Shown here: in pieces, positions 11,491-20,976 of the stretch | Position numbering within the stretch: position 1 is the first letter of the stretch | Layout of the letters: every line of letters starts with the position of its first letter | Assembly (NCBI GenBank): GCA_963665295.1 | Contig: OY762209.1 | Location: 2,336,001 to 2,400,000 of the forward strand | DNA length: 64,000 nt | Origin: Syntrophorhabdaceae bacterium | GTDB taxonomy: Bacteria > Desulfobacterota > Syntrophorhabdia > Syntrophorhabdales > Syntrophorhabdaceae | Reading direction: 5' to 3' | Program-made: the position numbers and the translations under genes | The notes under the pieces: generated by a model | Databases searched by the model: none | Told to the model about the DNA's origin: nothing | Seen by the model: the letters and a program-made list of their open reading frames with translations, nothing else

Positions 11491-11721
11491 GGTTTCATGG
11501 TTGTATGTCTGTGTTAATCTGGAGATACCATATTCGATGGCTCCTTCCTGTACCGGTCACCCTCGGTATTGACTTCCGGCACATGAGCCGCGTCCGGAAG
11601 TTTTGGCTTGATATTCCAAAGGGCATCGGGCACAATAGCGTGTGGACAACGGAGAACAACAGTTGCATTCCCCCGATTTTCACATCGGGAGAAATCGAAT
11701 GAAGAGGAGGGTTAAGGAGCA

Positions 11722-12843
11722 TTGAAAAGATTATGTGTTTTGGTTGCTTGTTGCGCTCTTTCCTTGGTACCGGCGTTCTTCTCGGGGATCGCTCTATCAG
11801 AAGACGCACAATCCCTTTCGGCGGTTTCCCAGGGCAGGTATAACCAATCAAGGGAAACGTCCTTTGTTAAGCCAGGGATCGAGTCGGTCTTTACCATGCC
11901 GGAGAACTGGCCCCGGAACAATGATGCCGCACCAACGAACAGAGCACCAAAAGAGGCAAAATCCTTCGCCATCGTCTTAGGGTCAGGCACGCCGGGTCCC
12001 AATCCTTACAGGATGGGTCCGTCCTTTGTGGTGATATCAAACGGTTACCCCTATTTCATTGATTGCGGAGAAGGAGCGTGGCGAAGCCTGGCGTCAACGT
12101 CGCTGGCTCATGGAGACTGGCTTACAAAATCCCTTGCTCTGGATAATTTCAAATACCTCTTTCTCACTCACCTGCACTGCGATCATACGGTCGGCATCCC
12201 TTCATGGATCTTGAACGCATATAAGTGGGGTTCGAAGGCGAGCAAAGAAATATACGGCCCGAAAGGAACCGCAGCCATGATGAAGAATATTATGGCCGCG
12301 TGGCAAATCGACATGGAGGACATGTGGTACGGACCATTGAAGACAAGCAACGACGGCGTCACAGTGGTCACCCATGAAGTGGATAATGACGGCCTGATAT
12401 ATCAGGATAAGAATGTGAAAGTCTATGGGTACCGGAAATATCACGGCTATTTAAAGGACAATTTTGCGTACCGCGTCGAATGTGCCGACGGCAGGGTTTT
12501 TGCTTTTGCCGGCGACGGCTGGAGCTGTCCAGGTCTTATCAAAGCGGCCAGGAATGCCGATGTCGTTTTCGTGGAGGTCTTTTCCATGGATAACATGGGC
12601 TATGCCTCGCGGGGGGCAAAGATAGACCTTGCAAAGGTTGAATATAATACACATGCCTACCACATGTGGCCCGAAGAACTGGCATTGATGCAGAAGGAAT
12701 CGGGTGTGAAGAGTCTGGTTCTGATTCACGAGCAAAATTATGCTCCCGCGGGTCAATATTCCCGCCTGGGGATGTGGGAAGAATGTAAACGGGCCGGTGT
12801 TAAGGAACCGGTATTTTCATCCGTCGATGGTGACATTTACTGA
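11722..12843 (+). CDS. Secreted MBL-fold metallo-hydrolase (RNase Z/AtsA-like)
   Basis: Signal peptide; VLGSGTP, IDCGEG, THLHCDH (HxHxDH), AYR, GD and LVLIH motifs. Confidence 0.88.
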   Translation: MKRLCVLVACCALSLVPAFFSGIALSEDAQSLSAVSQGRYNQSRETSFVKPGIESVFTMPENWPRNNDAAPTNRAPKEAKSFAIVLGSGTPGPNPYRMGPSFVVISNGYPYFIDCGEGAWRSLASTSLAHGDWLTKSLALDNFKYLFLTHLHCDHTVGIPSWILNAYKWGSKASKEIYGPKGTAAMMKNIMAAWQIDMEDMWYGPLKTSNDGVTVVTHEVDNDGLIYQDKNVKVYGYRKYHGYLKDNFAYRVECADGRVFAFAGDGWSCPGLIKAARNADVVFVEVFSMDNMGYASRGAKIDLAKVEYNTHAYHMWPEELALMQKESGVKSLVLIHEQNYAPAGQYSRLGMWEECKRAGVKEPVFSSVDGDIY

Positions 12844-12943
12844 AATTGGGGGGCGGATTGTCGCAGATGCCTTGCGCCCCAGGGAAACCCGTCCGGATGC
12901 CAAGGTATGCATTAAGACCGCCATGCGTCTTTCGGCATGGCCC

Positions 12944-15900
12944 TCAGTCCGGGTTGCCTACCAGGATGAAGGCGCCCCAGTAGAAGGGGTTGGGTTTCTT
13001 CTTCATGAGGTCCAGCTTTGCCTGTCTCAGGGAGTCGGCTTTTGATTTGCCGTCGGCCATGGCAGTGTAGAAGCCCGTCATGAGTTGCATGGTCTCCGCG
13101 CTCGGCACGCTCCAGAGGCTTAAAATCACCGCTTTTGCTCCCGAGAGTATGAATGCCCTCTTGAGGCCGAAGACGCCTTCTCCGCTCAGGACGTCGCCGA
13201 CCCCTGTCTCGCATGCCGACAGGACTACGAGGTCCGTGCCCATGAGCCGGAGGCCCATGAGCTTCTCTGCGCTCATTATGCCCTCATCTTTCCCTTCTTT
13301 CAAGGAGAGGTTGATGCGGGCGAGGGCAAGGCCCGACCGGAACATGGGACTCTCCCTGAGAAGTTTCTGATTGGAGTCCGATGCCCCTTTTTTCTCATCT
13401 TTTCCGATGAAATACCCGTGGGTCGCGAGGTGCATGATCCGTGGCGAGTCCGCGGAAAGGAGGACCGATTCCACCGCTTTCTCACCCTCGTAGCTGTTCA
13501 CGACGAGGTGCATTCTTTGGGTCAGGATGTTTTGAATGACGTCGGCCTCTTTTTTTGTATCGGGGAGTCGTGAAAAGAAGGTCAACCCGCTCGTCTTGGA
13601 AGGCGACGATGGTCCTGCGGCTTGAGACGACCGGTCCCTTTCCGCCTGTTTTTCCTGCGTGACGAGACCGAAATCGTAATCCGGGTCTGCGAGAATGAGC
13701 GCGGGAGGGCCGTCCTTCCGGGGCTCCTTATCTTCGAGCCTCACGATATCCCTGCCTGCCGCAATGTAGCTTATCCGGTACTTCTCGATGGGGTATGATC
13801 CTTCGGCGTTGAGGAGCGTTTCGAGGGGGATGAGGTTAAGGTTCCCGTCCGGGCTCACGAAGAGGCTCTCCTTGCCCGTGAGAAAGCCCTCCACGGGCTT
13901 GAGCACGAGACGGTAAAGCTCCCCTGCCTCTTTGTCGAGGATTCTCTTGTTGGGCACGTAGCCGGCCCTTGCGGCGCCCATCGCCTTCAGGTAGGCCCGT
14001 ACATGGAGGTCCACGTTTTCAGCCGGTCCGAGGTCTACGAGGGCAAGAAGTTGTTTTTCGCCCGGCCTCAGGACAAAGACAAGGTAACGGGGTTCCTTCC
14101 AGGAGGTTGTTTGATAGTCGAAGATGCTTATCCTCGCGAAATCGAGATAGACCGAATTGACGGGGAGTATTTTGGCGACCCGGGCCGTGTCCGCCCTCCC
14201 GGCCTTTCTTTCCACCGCAAAATCTTTGCTCACTGCCGAAAGCGCCGCTTCGAGGTCCTCCTTGCGTTTTTCCCGCGCCCCGAGGATATCCGAATTTTCC
14301 TTGAGGGTTGTTTCTGTCCAGCGCGAGTTCTGGAGCTTCGCGATCTCTCTTCTCGTCTTCGTCAATTCCTCAAAGAGGTCTTTGATCTTTGCGTTCCCTG
14401 ATGCGACGACCGCCTCAAGATGTTTGCCCTCTGCTTCCATCACTGCGCCTTTCCACTGGAGCCAGGCGTCAAGGGTTGTGGCGAGGGCCTGATCGTCGGA
14501 AGACAGATATAGGGCCGAATGGCCGACAAACTCGTGGAGGGAGAGTTCCGTTTCCTTCATGTAATTCAGCTTTTCCCGTTCCGACAAAAGGAGAAACACG
14601 TTATCACGTTTGACGCCGTCGATGCGCGCGCCCTGCGCGAAATAGCGATGGCTTTCGAGGTGTTTTCCCTGACAGGCGTAAAGAACGGCCAGTTCCTTTG
14701 CCGAGGACCCCACCTTCGGGTGGTTCCCGCCAAGGGTGTTGAGGCGTATGGTGTACGCCTTCAAAAGGTAATGACCCGCCTGATCATACCTGCCGGTGGA
14801 GCGGTACAGGACGCCGAGATTGTGCATGCTGTCGGCCACGAAGATGTGGTCCTTGCCGTAGACCTTCTCCCGTATCTCCAGGCCGGTCTTATATTGCTGT
14901 TCCGCGAGCAGGGGCTTGCCGGTAGCCATATTGAGACCGGCGAGGGTATCGAGGCTCTCGGCGATGTCGGGATGGTATTTGCCGAAGGCCTTCTCCCTGA
15001 TTTCCAGGGCCCTTCGAAAGCATGGCTCCGCTTCTTTCGTCGCCCCCCGGGACTGATAGAGGCTCCCGAGGAGGCTCAGGGTTTCCGCCACCTCAAGGTG
15101 GTCCTTGCCCAGGACCTTCTCCTGAATTTCAATTGCCTTCCTGTACTCCTGCCCGGCTTCGGCGGACCTTCCCGTGTTGAGGTACAGGTCGGCAAGGTCG
15201 ATCCGGCTGTCCGCCACCGCGGGATGCTCTTTTGAAAGGATCTTTTCGCGGATGCCGAGAACCCGCTTGCAGAGGGGCTCGGCCTCGGCGTACGCGCCCT
15301 TCGCGATGTAAATCTCCGCGAGGACCTGCATACTTCTCGCGGTTTCGACCTGTTCCTCGCCCAGTTTTTCCCGATTGATCTTTATGGCCTTGGAAACCAG
15401 CCTCTCCGCATCCTCGTATCTTCCCATATTGAGGTACAGACGGGCCAGGGAGGTCATGAGACGTGCTGTGCCGGGATGGTCCCGTCCCCTGGTCCGTTCC
15501 TGGATATCAAGGGCCTTGAGGTAAAGGGTCTCCGCTTCGCGATATTTGCCCATGGCTTCATAGAGCTCAGCCAGGGAACTTATGCTCCCCGCGTACCGCG
15601 GGTGGTCCGCGCCAAGTACCTTTTCCCGTATCTTCATCGACCTGGAAAGAAGCCGCTCCGCTTCCGAGTATCTTCCGAGGGTGATGTAAAGCCGGGCGAG
15701 GCCGCCCAGGCTCGCCGCTGTGTCCTGATGTTCGGGCACGAGTACCTTCTCCCTGATTTCAAGCCCCTTCTTAAGGTTGGTTTCCGCATCGGCATACCTG
15801 CCCGTGGCCAGGTAGAGAAGCCCCAGGGATGTGAGGCTCTGGGCTGTGAGAGGGTGCTCTTCGCCCAGCGCGGCCTGACGGATCTTCAGGGAATTCCGGA

Positions 15901-17887
15901 GCAGGATTTCCGCGTCCCCGTTCCTTCCTGTTGCCCGGTAAATGCCGCCAAGGAGCTGCATGGTATCCGCCACATCGGGGTGGTCCTTTCCCAGCTTTGA
16001 CTCCCTTATTCCAAGAGCCTGTTTCGAAAGCTGTTCCGCCTTCTCGTAGTTTCCCATGGCGCTATCGATGTCCGCGAGGGTATGGAGGTCGGCAGCCACC
16101 GCAGGATGTCCCGCGTCGTATTTGCTCCGGGTGATTTCGAGGGCCTCCGTTGCCATGGTCCGGGCTTCCGGGTATCGGGCCATTGTCCTGTAAAGGGACG
16201 CGAGGGACCTCAACGACTGGGCGACTTGAGGGTTGTCCTTGCCGAGCCTCGCCCTCCGGATCTCCAGGGATTTCCGGTAAAGCCGTTCAGCTTCGGCGTA
16301 ATTTCCCGTAAGTTCGTTGAATTCGGCCATGGCGCCCAGGCTTCGGGCATACTGGGGGCTCCCTGACCCGTCCGCGATCTCCCTCAGTTTGAGGGATTTC
16401 CTGAGCAACGGTTCCGCCTCGGCATATTTGCCCGACGCAAAGTACAGACGGGCAAGGAGGGCGGTGGTGGTCGCAATGTCCTGGTGGTCGGCGCTTAAGC
16501 GCCGCTGCCTGATGTCGAGGGCCCTTTTGTAGGCGGCTTCGGCTTCCCGGTATTTTCCCTGAGAGAAAAGGACCAGGCCCAGGGAGTTGAGGCTCTGGGC
16601 GACGTCCAGGTGATCTCCGCCGAATGCCTTTTCCCGTATCGCGAGGGCCCGTGCGTACATCTGTCTCGCTTCTTCGGGCCTGCCTTTTGTCTGGGCGATG
16701 CGGCCGAGGAGCATCAGACTTTCGGCAACATCAGGATGAGCGGGGCCCAACTTCTTCTCTCTCAGGGCGAGAGCCTTCTTGCCGAACAACTCGGACCTGT
16801 CGTACTCCCCCCGCGCGAGGGCCACCTCGGCCCGTATCTGCATGGTCGTTGCAGCGGCGGGGTTCTCCATATCGTTTCTCTTCTTGAGTATCTCGTCGAC
16901 GCGGTCGCAATAGGACTCGGACCGGTCGTACTTCGCCATGTTCTTGTAAAGCTCGGCAAGGGCGTTGAGGGACCTGATGATGCGGGGATGGTCTTTCCCC
17001 AGCCGCTGTTCCCTTATTTCGAGGGCCCTGAGATGCAACGACTCGGCCTCCGCATATCTGCCCGTGGTTTCATAAAGCTCGGCCATGGTGTAAAGATTCC
17101 CCGCGAGGGAGGAATGGTCTTTACCCAGGGCTTTTTCGCGAATCGTGATAGCCCTCTTGTAGAGCGACTCCGCCTCTGTGTAGTCGCCCGTTTTGGCGTA
17201 AAGGGCCGCGAGCATGCCGAGGCTCCGGCCGATTTCGGGATCGTCCATATCGAGGCTCTTTTCCCTGATCTCAAGGGCCTTTTTGAATTCCTCTTCAGCT
17301 TCTCCATAATTCCCGCGGATCGACGCGAGGAGACCGAGGCAGGAAAGGGCGGAGGCTGCGGAGGGCTGGTCGGGTCCGTCTTTCTTCAGGCTCATGTCCC
17401 GGGCGTTCCTGCAGTACCGATCCGCGTCGGCGTAACGGGAGGAGGAAAGGGCAATTCTTCCCAAGAGGGCCAGGGTTTCCGCGACTTCGGGGCTGTCCTT
17501 GCCGAATGCCCGCTCCCGGATGCCCCAGGCCCTCTTGGCATAGGACTCGGCCATGGTGTAGTTCCCCATGGCGTACTGTATGCGGGAGGAAAGGTAGAGG
17601 CTCGCCCCTACGTCGGCGTGGTCTCTTCCAAGGGTGCGGTTCCTTATCTCCAGGGCCTCGGCCGCCTTCCGGGAGGCGTCCTCGTATTTTTCCTCGGCGA
17701 GAAGGCCCGACGCCTCTTTCGCGAGGGAACCGGCGCGGACAAGGTCGCTTTCAGCGGCGGCTGCAATAGAAAGAGAGCAGGCGAGGAGAAGGACGGTCAG
17801 GGCAATGCAGACGAGATATCCGAACTTCCTGAGGCGCGGCCGCCTTCCTCCCCGAGAGAGCGGGAGGAAGGCGATACGTTCATTCAA
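12944..17887 (-). CDS. Large secreted TPR-repeat + CHAT (caspase-like, clan CD) protease
   Basis: About 25 42-aa kinesin-light-chain-type TPRs (LGxDHPxVAxSL); CHAT motifs SPDGNLNLIP, HLATHG (His), LVVLSACETG (Cys), SLWSV, PFYWGAF; N-terminal hydrophobic signal. Start uncertain (TTG 17887; ORF is open to 17965). Confidence 0.92.
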   Translation of the reverse strand: MNERIAFLPLSRGGRRPRLRKFGYLVCIALTVLLLACSLSIAAAAESDLVRAGSLAKEASGLLAEEKYEDASRKAAEALEIRNRTLGRDHADVGASLYLSSRIQYAMGNYTMAESYAKRAWGIRERAFGKDSPEVAETLALLGRIALSSSRYADADRYCRNARDMSLKKDGPDQPSAASALSCLGLLASIRGNYGEAEEEFKKALEIREKSLDMDDPEIGRSLGMLAALYAKTGDYTEAESLYKRAITIREKALGKDHSSLAGNLYTMAELYETTGRYAEAESLHLRALEIREQRLGKDHPRIIRSLNALAELYKNMAKYDRSESYCDRVDEILKKRNDMENPAAATTMQIRAEVALARGEYDRSELFGKKALALREKKLGPAHPDVAESLMLLGRIAQTKGRPEEARQMYARALAIREKAFGGDHLDVAQSLNSLGLVLFSQGKYREAEAAYKRALDIRQRRLSADHQDIATTTALLARLYFASGKYAEAEPLLRKSLKLREIADGSGSPQYARSLGAMAEFNELTGNYAEAERLYRKSLEIRRARLGKDNPQVAQSLRSLASLYRTMARYPEARTMATEALEITRSKYDAGHPAVAADLHTLADIDSAMGNYEKAEQLSKQALGIRESKLGKDHPDVADTMQLLGGIYRATGRNGDAEILLRNSLKIRQAALGEEHPLTAQSLTSLGLLYLATGRYADAETNLKKGLEIREKVLVPEHQDTAASLGGLARLYITLGRYSEAERLLSRSMKIREKVLGADHPRYAGSISSLAELYEAMGKYREAETLYLKALDIQERTRGRDHPGTARLMTSLARLYLNMGRYEDAERLVSKAIKINREKLGEEQVETARSMQVLAEIYIAKGAYAEAEPLCKRVLGIREKILSKEHPAVADSRIDLADLYLNTGRSAEAGQEYRKAIEIQEKVLGKDHLEVAETLSLLGSLYQSRGATKEAEPCFRRALEIREKAFGKYHPDIAESLDTLAGLNMATGKPLLAEQQYKTGLEIREKVYGKDHIFVADSMHNLGVLYRSTGRYDQAGHYLLKAYTIRLNTLGGNHPKVGSSAKELAVLYACQGKHLESHRYFAQGARIDGVKRDNVFLLLSEREKLNYMKETELSLHEFVGHSALYLSSDDQALATTLDAWLQWKGAVMEAEGKHLEAVVASGNAKIKDLFEELTKTRREIAKLQNSRWTETTLKENSDILGAREKRKEDLEAALSAVSKDFAVERKAGRADTARVAKILPVNSVYLDFARISIFDYQTTSWKEPRYLVFVLRPGEKQLLALVDLGPAENVDLHVRAYLKAMGAARAGYVPNKRILDKEAGELYRLVLKPVEGFLTGKESLFVSPDGNLNLIPLETLLNAEGSYPIEKYRISYIAAGRDIVRLEDKEPRKDGPPALILADPDYDFGLVTQEKQAERDRSSQAAGPSSPSKTSGLTFFSRLPDTKKEADVIQNILTQRMHLVVNSYEGEKAVESVLLSADSPRIMHLATHGYFIGKDEKKGASDSNQKLLRESPMFRSGLALARINLSLKEGKDEGIMSAEKLMGLRLMGTDLVVLSACETGVGDVLSGEGVFGLKRAFILSGAKAVILSLWSVPSAETMQLMTGFYTAMADGKSKADSLRQAKLDLMKKKPNPFYWGAFILVGNPD

Positions 17888-17910
17888 TGCAGCGTAATTT
17901 TGCGGGGTCG

Positions 17911-18429
17911 TTAACGGCAAACCCAGTCGCAGTGTCTGTGACGGCATACGTTCATCCACGTACACTCATAGTGTCTCCGGTGGTGGGGCCGATCGTAATA
18001 ACCGTAATCGTGGCCGCGGCCATGACCTCTCACCTCGGTCTTCTGTGGGGGTTCCTGTACCTTTGCGATTACCGCAAGGAGTTCGTCGTCGCCCGCGGCG
18101 AACTGTTTCGCTTCATCCAGCAATGCTACGCGATCATAGCGGGTGACCGTTTTTTCGTCCTTGCCGGGTTTTGCGATGCCGGCGAAGGGAAGGTCATCGA
18201 GGAGTTTCACGGCGGTGAGGATAACCAGAGGGTCTTTCTGGGCTTCGCCATATGAGACTACCTGGTAAAAGAGACCGACTTTCTTGGAGAATTCGGCTGA
18301 CTCCTTGGGGTCCAACGTCTTCGTTGCCGTCGGTTTTGTGTCCGGTTTCTTCTCCTGGGCCCAAACCGCGGTGAAAGAGACGGCGCACATGAAAACCATT
18401 AACCAAACAATGCATACAGCCTTTTTCAT
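17911..18429 (-). CDS. Secreted hypothetical protein with a His/Arg/Cys-rich C-terminal tail
   Basis: AAGGAGG RBS; Sec signal MKKAVC...AVWA; helical body; tail EVRGHGRGHDYGYYDRPHHRRHYECTWMNVCRHRHCDWVCR; directly upstream of and co-oriented with the CHAT gene. Confidence 0.85.
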   Translation of the reverse strand: MKKAVCIVWLMVFMCAVSFTAVWAQEKKPDTKPTATKTLDPKESAEFSKKVGLFYQVVSYGEAQKDPLVILTAVKLLDDLPFAGIAKPGKDEKTVTRYDRVALLDEAKQFAAGDDELLAVIAKVQEPPQKTEVRGHGRGHDYGYYDRPHHRRHYECTWMNVCRHRHCDWVCR

Positions 18430-18727
18430 AAATAGTACCTCCTTGTGTGGATATATATGACCCCATCGAGCCACTGTTCATCGTAAGGGTCCGGCGGGAA
18501 ATGTCTTCCGCCGAACGGGCCATCCCCCGGAACTCAAGGCGACGGATGCGACGTGGGAGCCTCCATTAATTGTTTCATGATTTTATCAGGCCCCCCCAAG
18601 AGCGCGTTACGCTCTATTCTGATATGGTAGACGCAGATTGTCAATAAATTTCTGAGACTGGCCATGAAATATGAATAATTGACGATAGTTAGCGATACCG
18701 GTGGACGATTTCCGATCACGGGCCCCT

Positions 18728-19453
18728 TTATGTCCGCCTATTCACCCCGGACTCTTCGGCTCCCGCGAGTTTTGCGATCCGTTCCCTTACCTCGATCATC
18801 AGCCGGGTCCGGGCGGACCTGTCTTTTTCCTTCACGTGCACGGGTTCGCCGATCTTTATCTGTATAAGCCCCTTGGCCTTGGGGACAAAGCAACCTTCCG
18901 GCTGCAACCGGCCCGTCCCTCCTATCCCCACGGGTATTATGGGGACCCCTGTACGGAGGGCAAGGGAAAAACCGCCGTTCTTGAAAGGCAGGAGTGTGCC
19001 GTCTTTGCTCCACGTCCCTTCGGGGAATATTACGATGTTCATGCCCTCCCTGACTTTGCGGGCTGCTTCGTTGATCGCCTGGAGAGCCTTGCGGGGATTT
19101 TTCCGGTCCATGGCGATGTTCTTTCCTATCTTAAGCGCCCATCCGAGAAAGGGCACAAAGAAAAGCTCCTTCTTCGCGATCCACTTGAAGGACAGGCGAA
19201 GCGACGAGAGAAGGGCGAATATGTCGAGGGCGCTCTGGTGGTTGCACATGAATATGTAGGGGGGCTCGGATATGTTCTCCAGACCCTCCAGAGATACCCG
19301 GATGCCGCAGGCCTTGAGGTGGACTCTGGCCCATACCCTGCCCAGCCTGTTGACTCTTTCCCCTTTCGAGTCAAAAGGGAAGAGCATCAGGGCGAGGACG
19401 GAAAGGGACATTGTAGTGAGGATGAGGGTAACTATGGGGATGGCCTTCTTCAC
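18728..19453 (-). CDS. plsC: 1-acyl-sn-glycerol-3-phosphate acyltransferase
   Basis: NHQSALD, KKEL, FPEGT and FKNGGF motifs. Confidence 0.9.
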   Translation of the reverse strand: MKKAIPIVTLILTTMSLSVLALMLFPFDSKGERVNRLGRVWARVHLKACGIRVSLEGLENISEPPYIFMCNHQSALDIFALLSSLRLSFKWIAKKELFFVPFLGWALKIGKNIAMDRKNPRKALQAINEAARKVREGMNIVIFPEGTWSKDGTLLPFKNGGFSLALRTGVPIIPVGIGGTGRLQPEGCFVPKAKGLIQIKIGEPVHVKEKDRSARTRLMIEVRERIAKLAGAEESGVNRRT

Positions 19454-19700
19454 GGGCGTCGATGCCTCCAGGTGATTATAACCTTATTGACAATTTATTT
19501 GTAGTCGTACCAGGGGAAAAATAGTCCCGCCCCGAAGAAACAGGGCTCCGTGACGGCCCGTCGAGAGGCGTGGACCGGTCCTTGCTGTTATGATGCCGGA
19601 CAAGGGGATCGGCAAAAAAGAAATGGTTATACGGCTGCAATTGTGATAAATGATTGACAGGGCGTTTTGCGCACCACACTGCTTTCAAGGGGGTCTATCC

Positions 19701-20294
19701 ATGGAACGACTGGTGGAAAGGGTAAAGGCAATTATCTTCAATCCGAAGCAGACATGGGAGACGATAAAGGGCGAGAAGACCACGGTGAAGGACCTCTATA
19801 CCTCGTATGGAGCGATTCTTGCCATTATCCCTCCTGTGGCGTCCTTCATAGGATTGTCCCTGGTAGGGTTGAACATGCCCGTTCTCGGCCGGTGGAGACA
19901 GCCCATTATGAACGGCATCAGCCACGCAATACTCTTCTATATTCTCTCCCTCGCGGGCACATTCGTCACCGCTTACGTGGCCGACGCGATCGCGCCTTCC
20001 TTCGGATCAAAGAAGAACTTTACGGGGGCCGTGAAGGCTGTGGTGTACTCCTATACGCCCACCTGGGTCATAGGCGTGTTCAATATTATCCCCGCTTTCA
20101 GCGGCATCGTGTGGATAGGGAGCCTCTATTCCCTCTATCTCCTCTATCTCGGTCTTCCTGCGATGATGGAGACTTCTCCTGAGAAGAAGTCCGCTTACGT
20201 GGCGATAGTGGTGGTTTCCACCCTCCTCGTGATGTTCGCCATCTCTCTCATTGCAGGACTGTTTCTCGCGAGCATGCAGGCAGTGAGACACTGA
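19701..20294 (+). CDS. Yip1 (DUF1282)-family membrane protein
   Basis: RVKAIIFNPKQTWETI, YSYTPTW, LYSLYLLYLGLP; about 5 TM segments. Confidence 0.85.
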   Translation: MERLVERVKAIIFNPKQTWETIKGEKTTVKDLYTSYGAILAIIPPVASFIGLSLVGLNMPVLGRWRQPIMNGISHAILFYILSLAGTFVTAYVADAIAPSFGSKKNFTGAVKAVVYSYTPTWVIGVFNIIPAFSGIVWIGSLYSLYLLYLGLPAMMETSPEKKSAYVAIVVVSTLLVMFAISLIAGLFLASMQAVRH

Positions 20295-20368
20295 CCGGCC
20301 CGGTGAATGCCCCCCTGTTACGACAGGAAGGGCGGCGACGGTTCCGGGGACTCGCCCGGGAGGAAGCT

Positions 20369-20769
20369 ATGACTCCACAGGCAAAGATCGGCTCGGCGAT
20401 TCTTGTATATGACGCCCTTTTCGCCTTGACCTTGCGCCGTACAGGATTAAGGACTCGGAATGGGCACTGGGCGTCAGGTATCGCTGGGGCTATCAGGGCA
20501 GGGTCACCGAGACCCTGTTTCTCTTCAGGCGCGTGGAGGGAAAACTGACAAAGATCTTCGAGAGCGACGTCGAAATGTATGATAAGCAGAAGGAATACAA
20601 GTCAATCCTGGTCGTGGCCGGAGAGAAGACCCAGGGGCTTTATGACCTTGTAAAGAAGACCAGGATAACCGGGATAGGGTCAGGCGAGGAGGATGGGCAG
20701 TCAACAACCGAGCAGACGACGTTCAGGTGGGACGGCCGGGAGTACGTCCGGGAGGATGCGCGGAAATAG
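20369..20769 (+). pseudogene. Frameshifted, 5'-truncated gene remnant (LDLAPYR..FGVR-type exported protein)
   Basis: Frame reading FRLDLAPYRIKDSEWALGVR...TFRWDGREY is open from 20413 to 20769 with no start; the upstream frame ...SAILVYDA joins it by a 1-nt shift near 20415. Confidence 0.5.
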
Positions 20770-20976
20770 GCCGACACGGGGCTCATGGCAAAAGGGCCGA
20801 CACCTTCTTCCTGCCTGTTTCTTTCAGGCCGGGCGTTTCTCCGGCAGACCGCGAGCGCTTCCCCTTGTCTCAAAGCTGACGGCACGAACCATGGATGATG
20901 GCATGTTGTGGCGTCGGCCGGTTCGCTCCGCTCTTTGGATCGGATCCCCCCCGAAAAGGGTTCCCGGGGGCGGGCA

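Noticed and set aside
11390..13255. Diversity-generating retroelement (TR/VR pair) suggested by the repeat of the CHAT 3' region
   Set aside because: The mismatches are not adenine-specific on either strand, and no reverse transcriptase is encoded in the window.
14700..17700. Periodic ~126-bp pattern resembling a repeat array or CRISPR
   Set aside because: It is the degenerate coding periodicity of 42-aa TPR units; there are no identical repeats with unique spacers and no cas genes.
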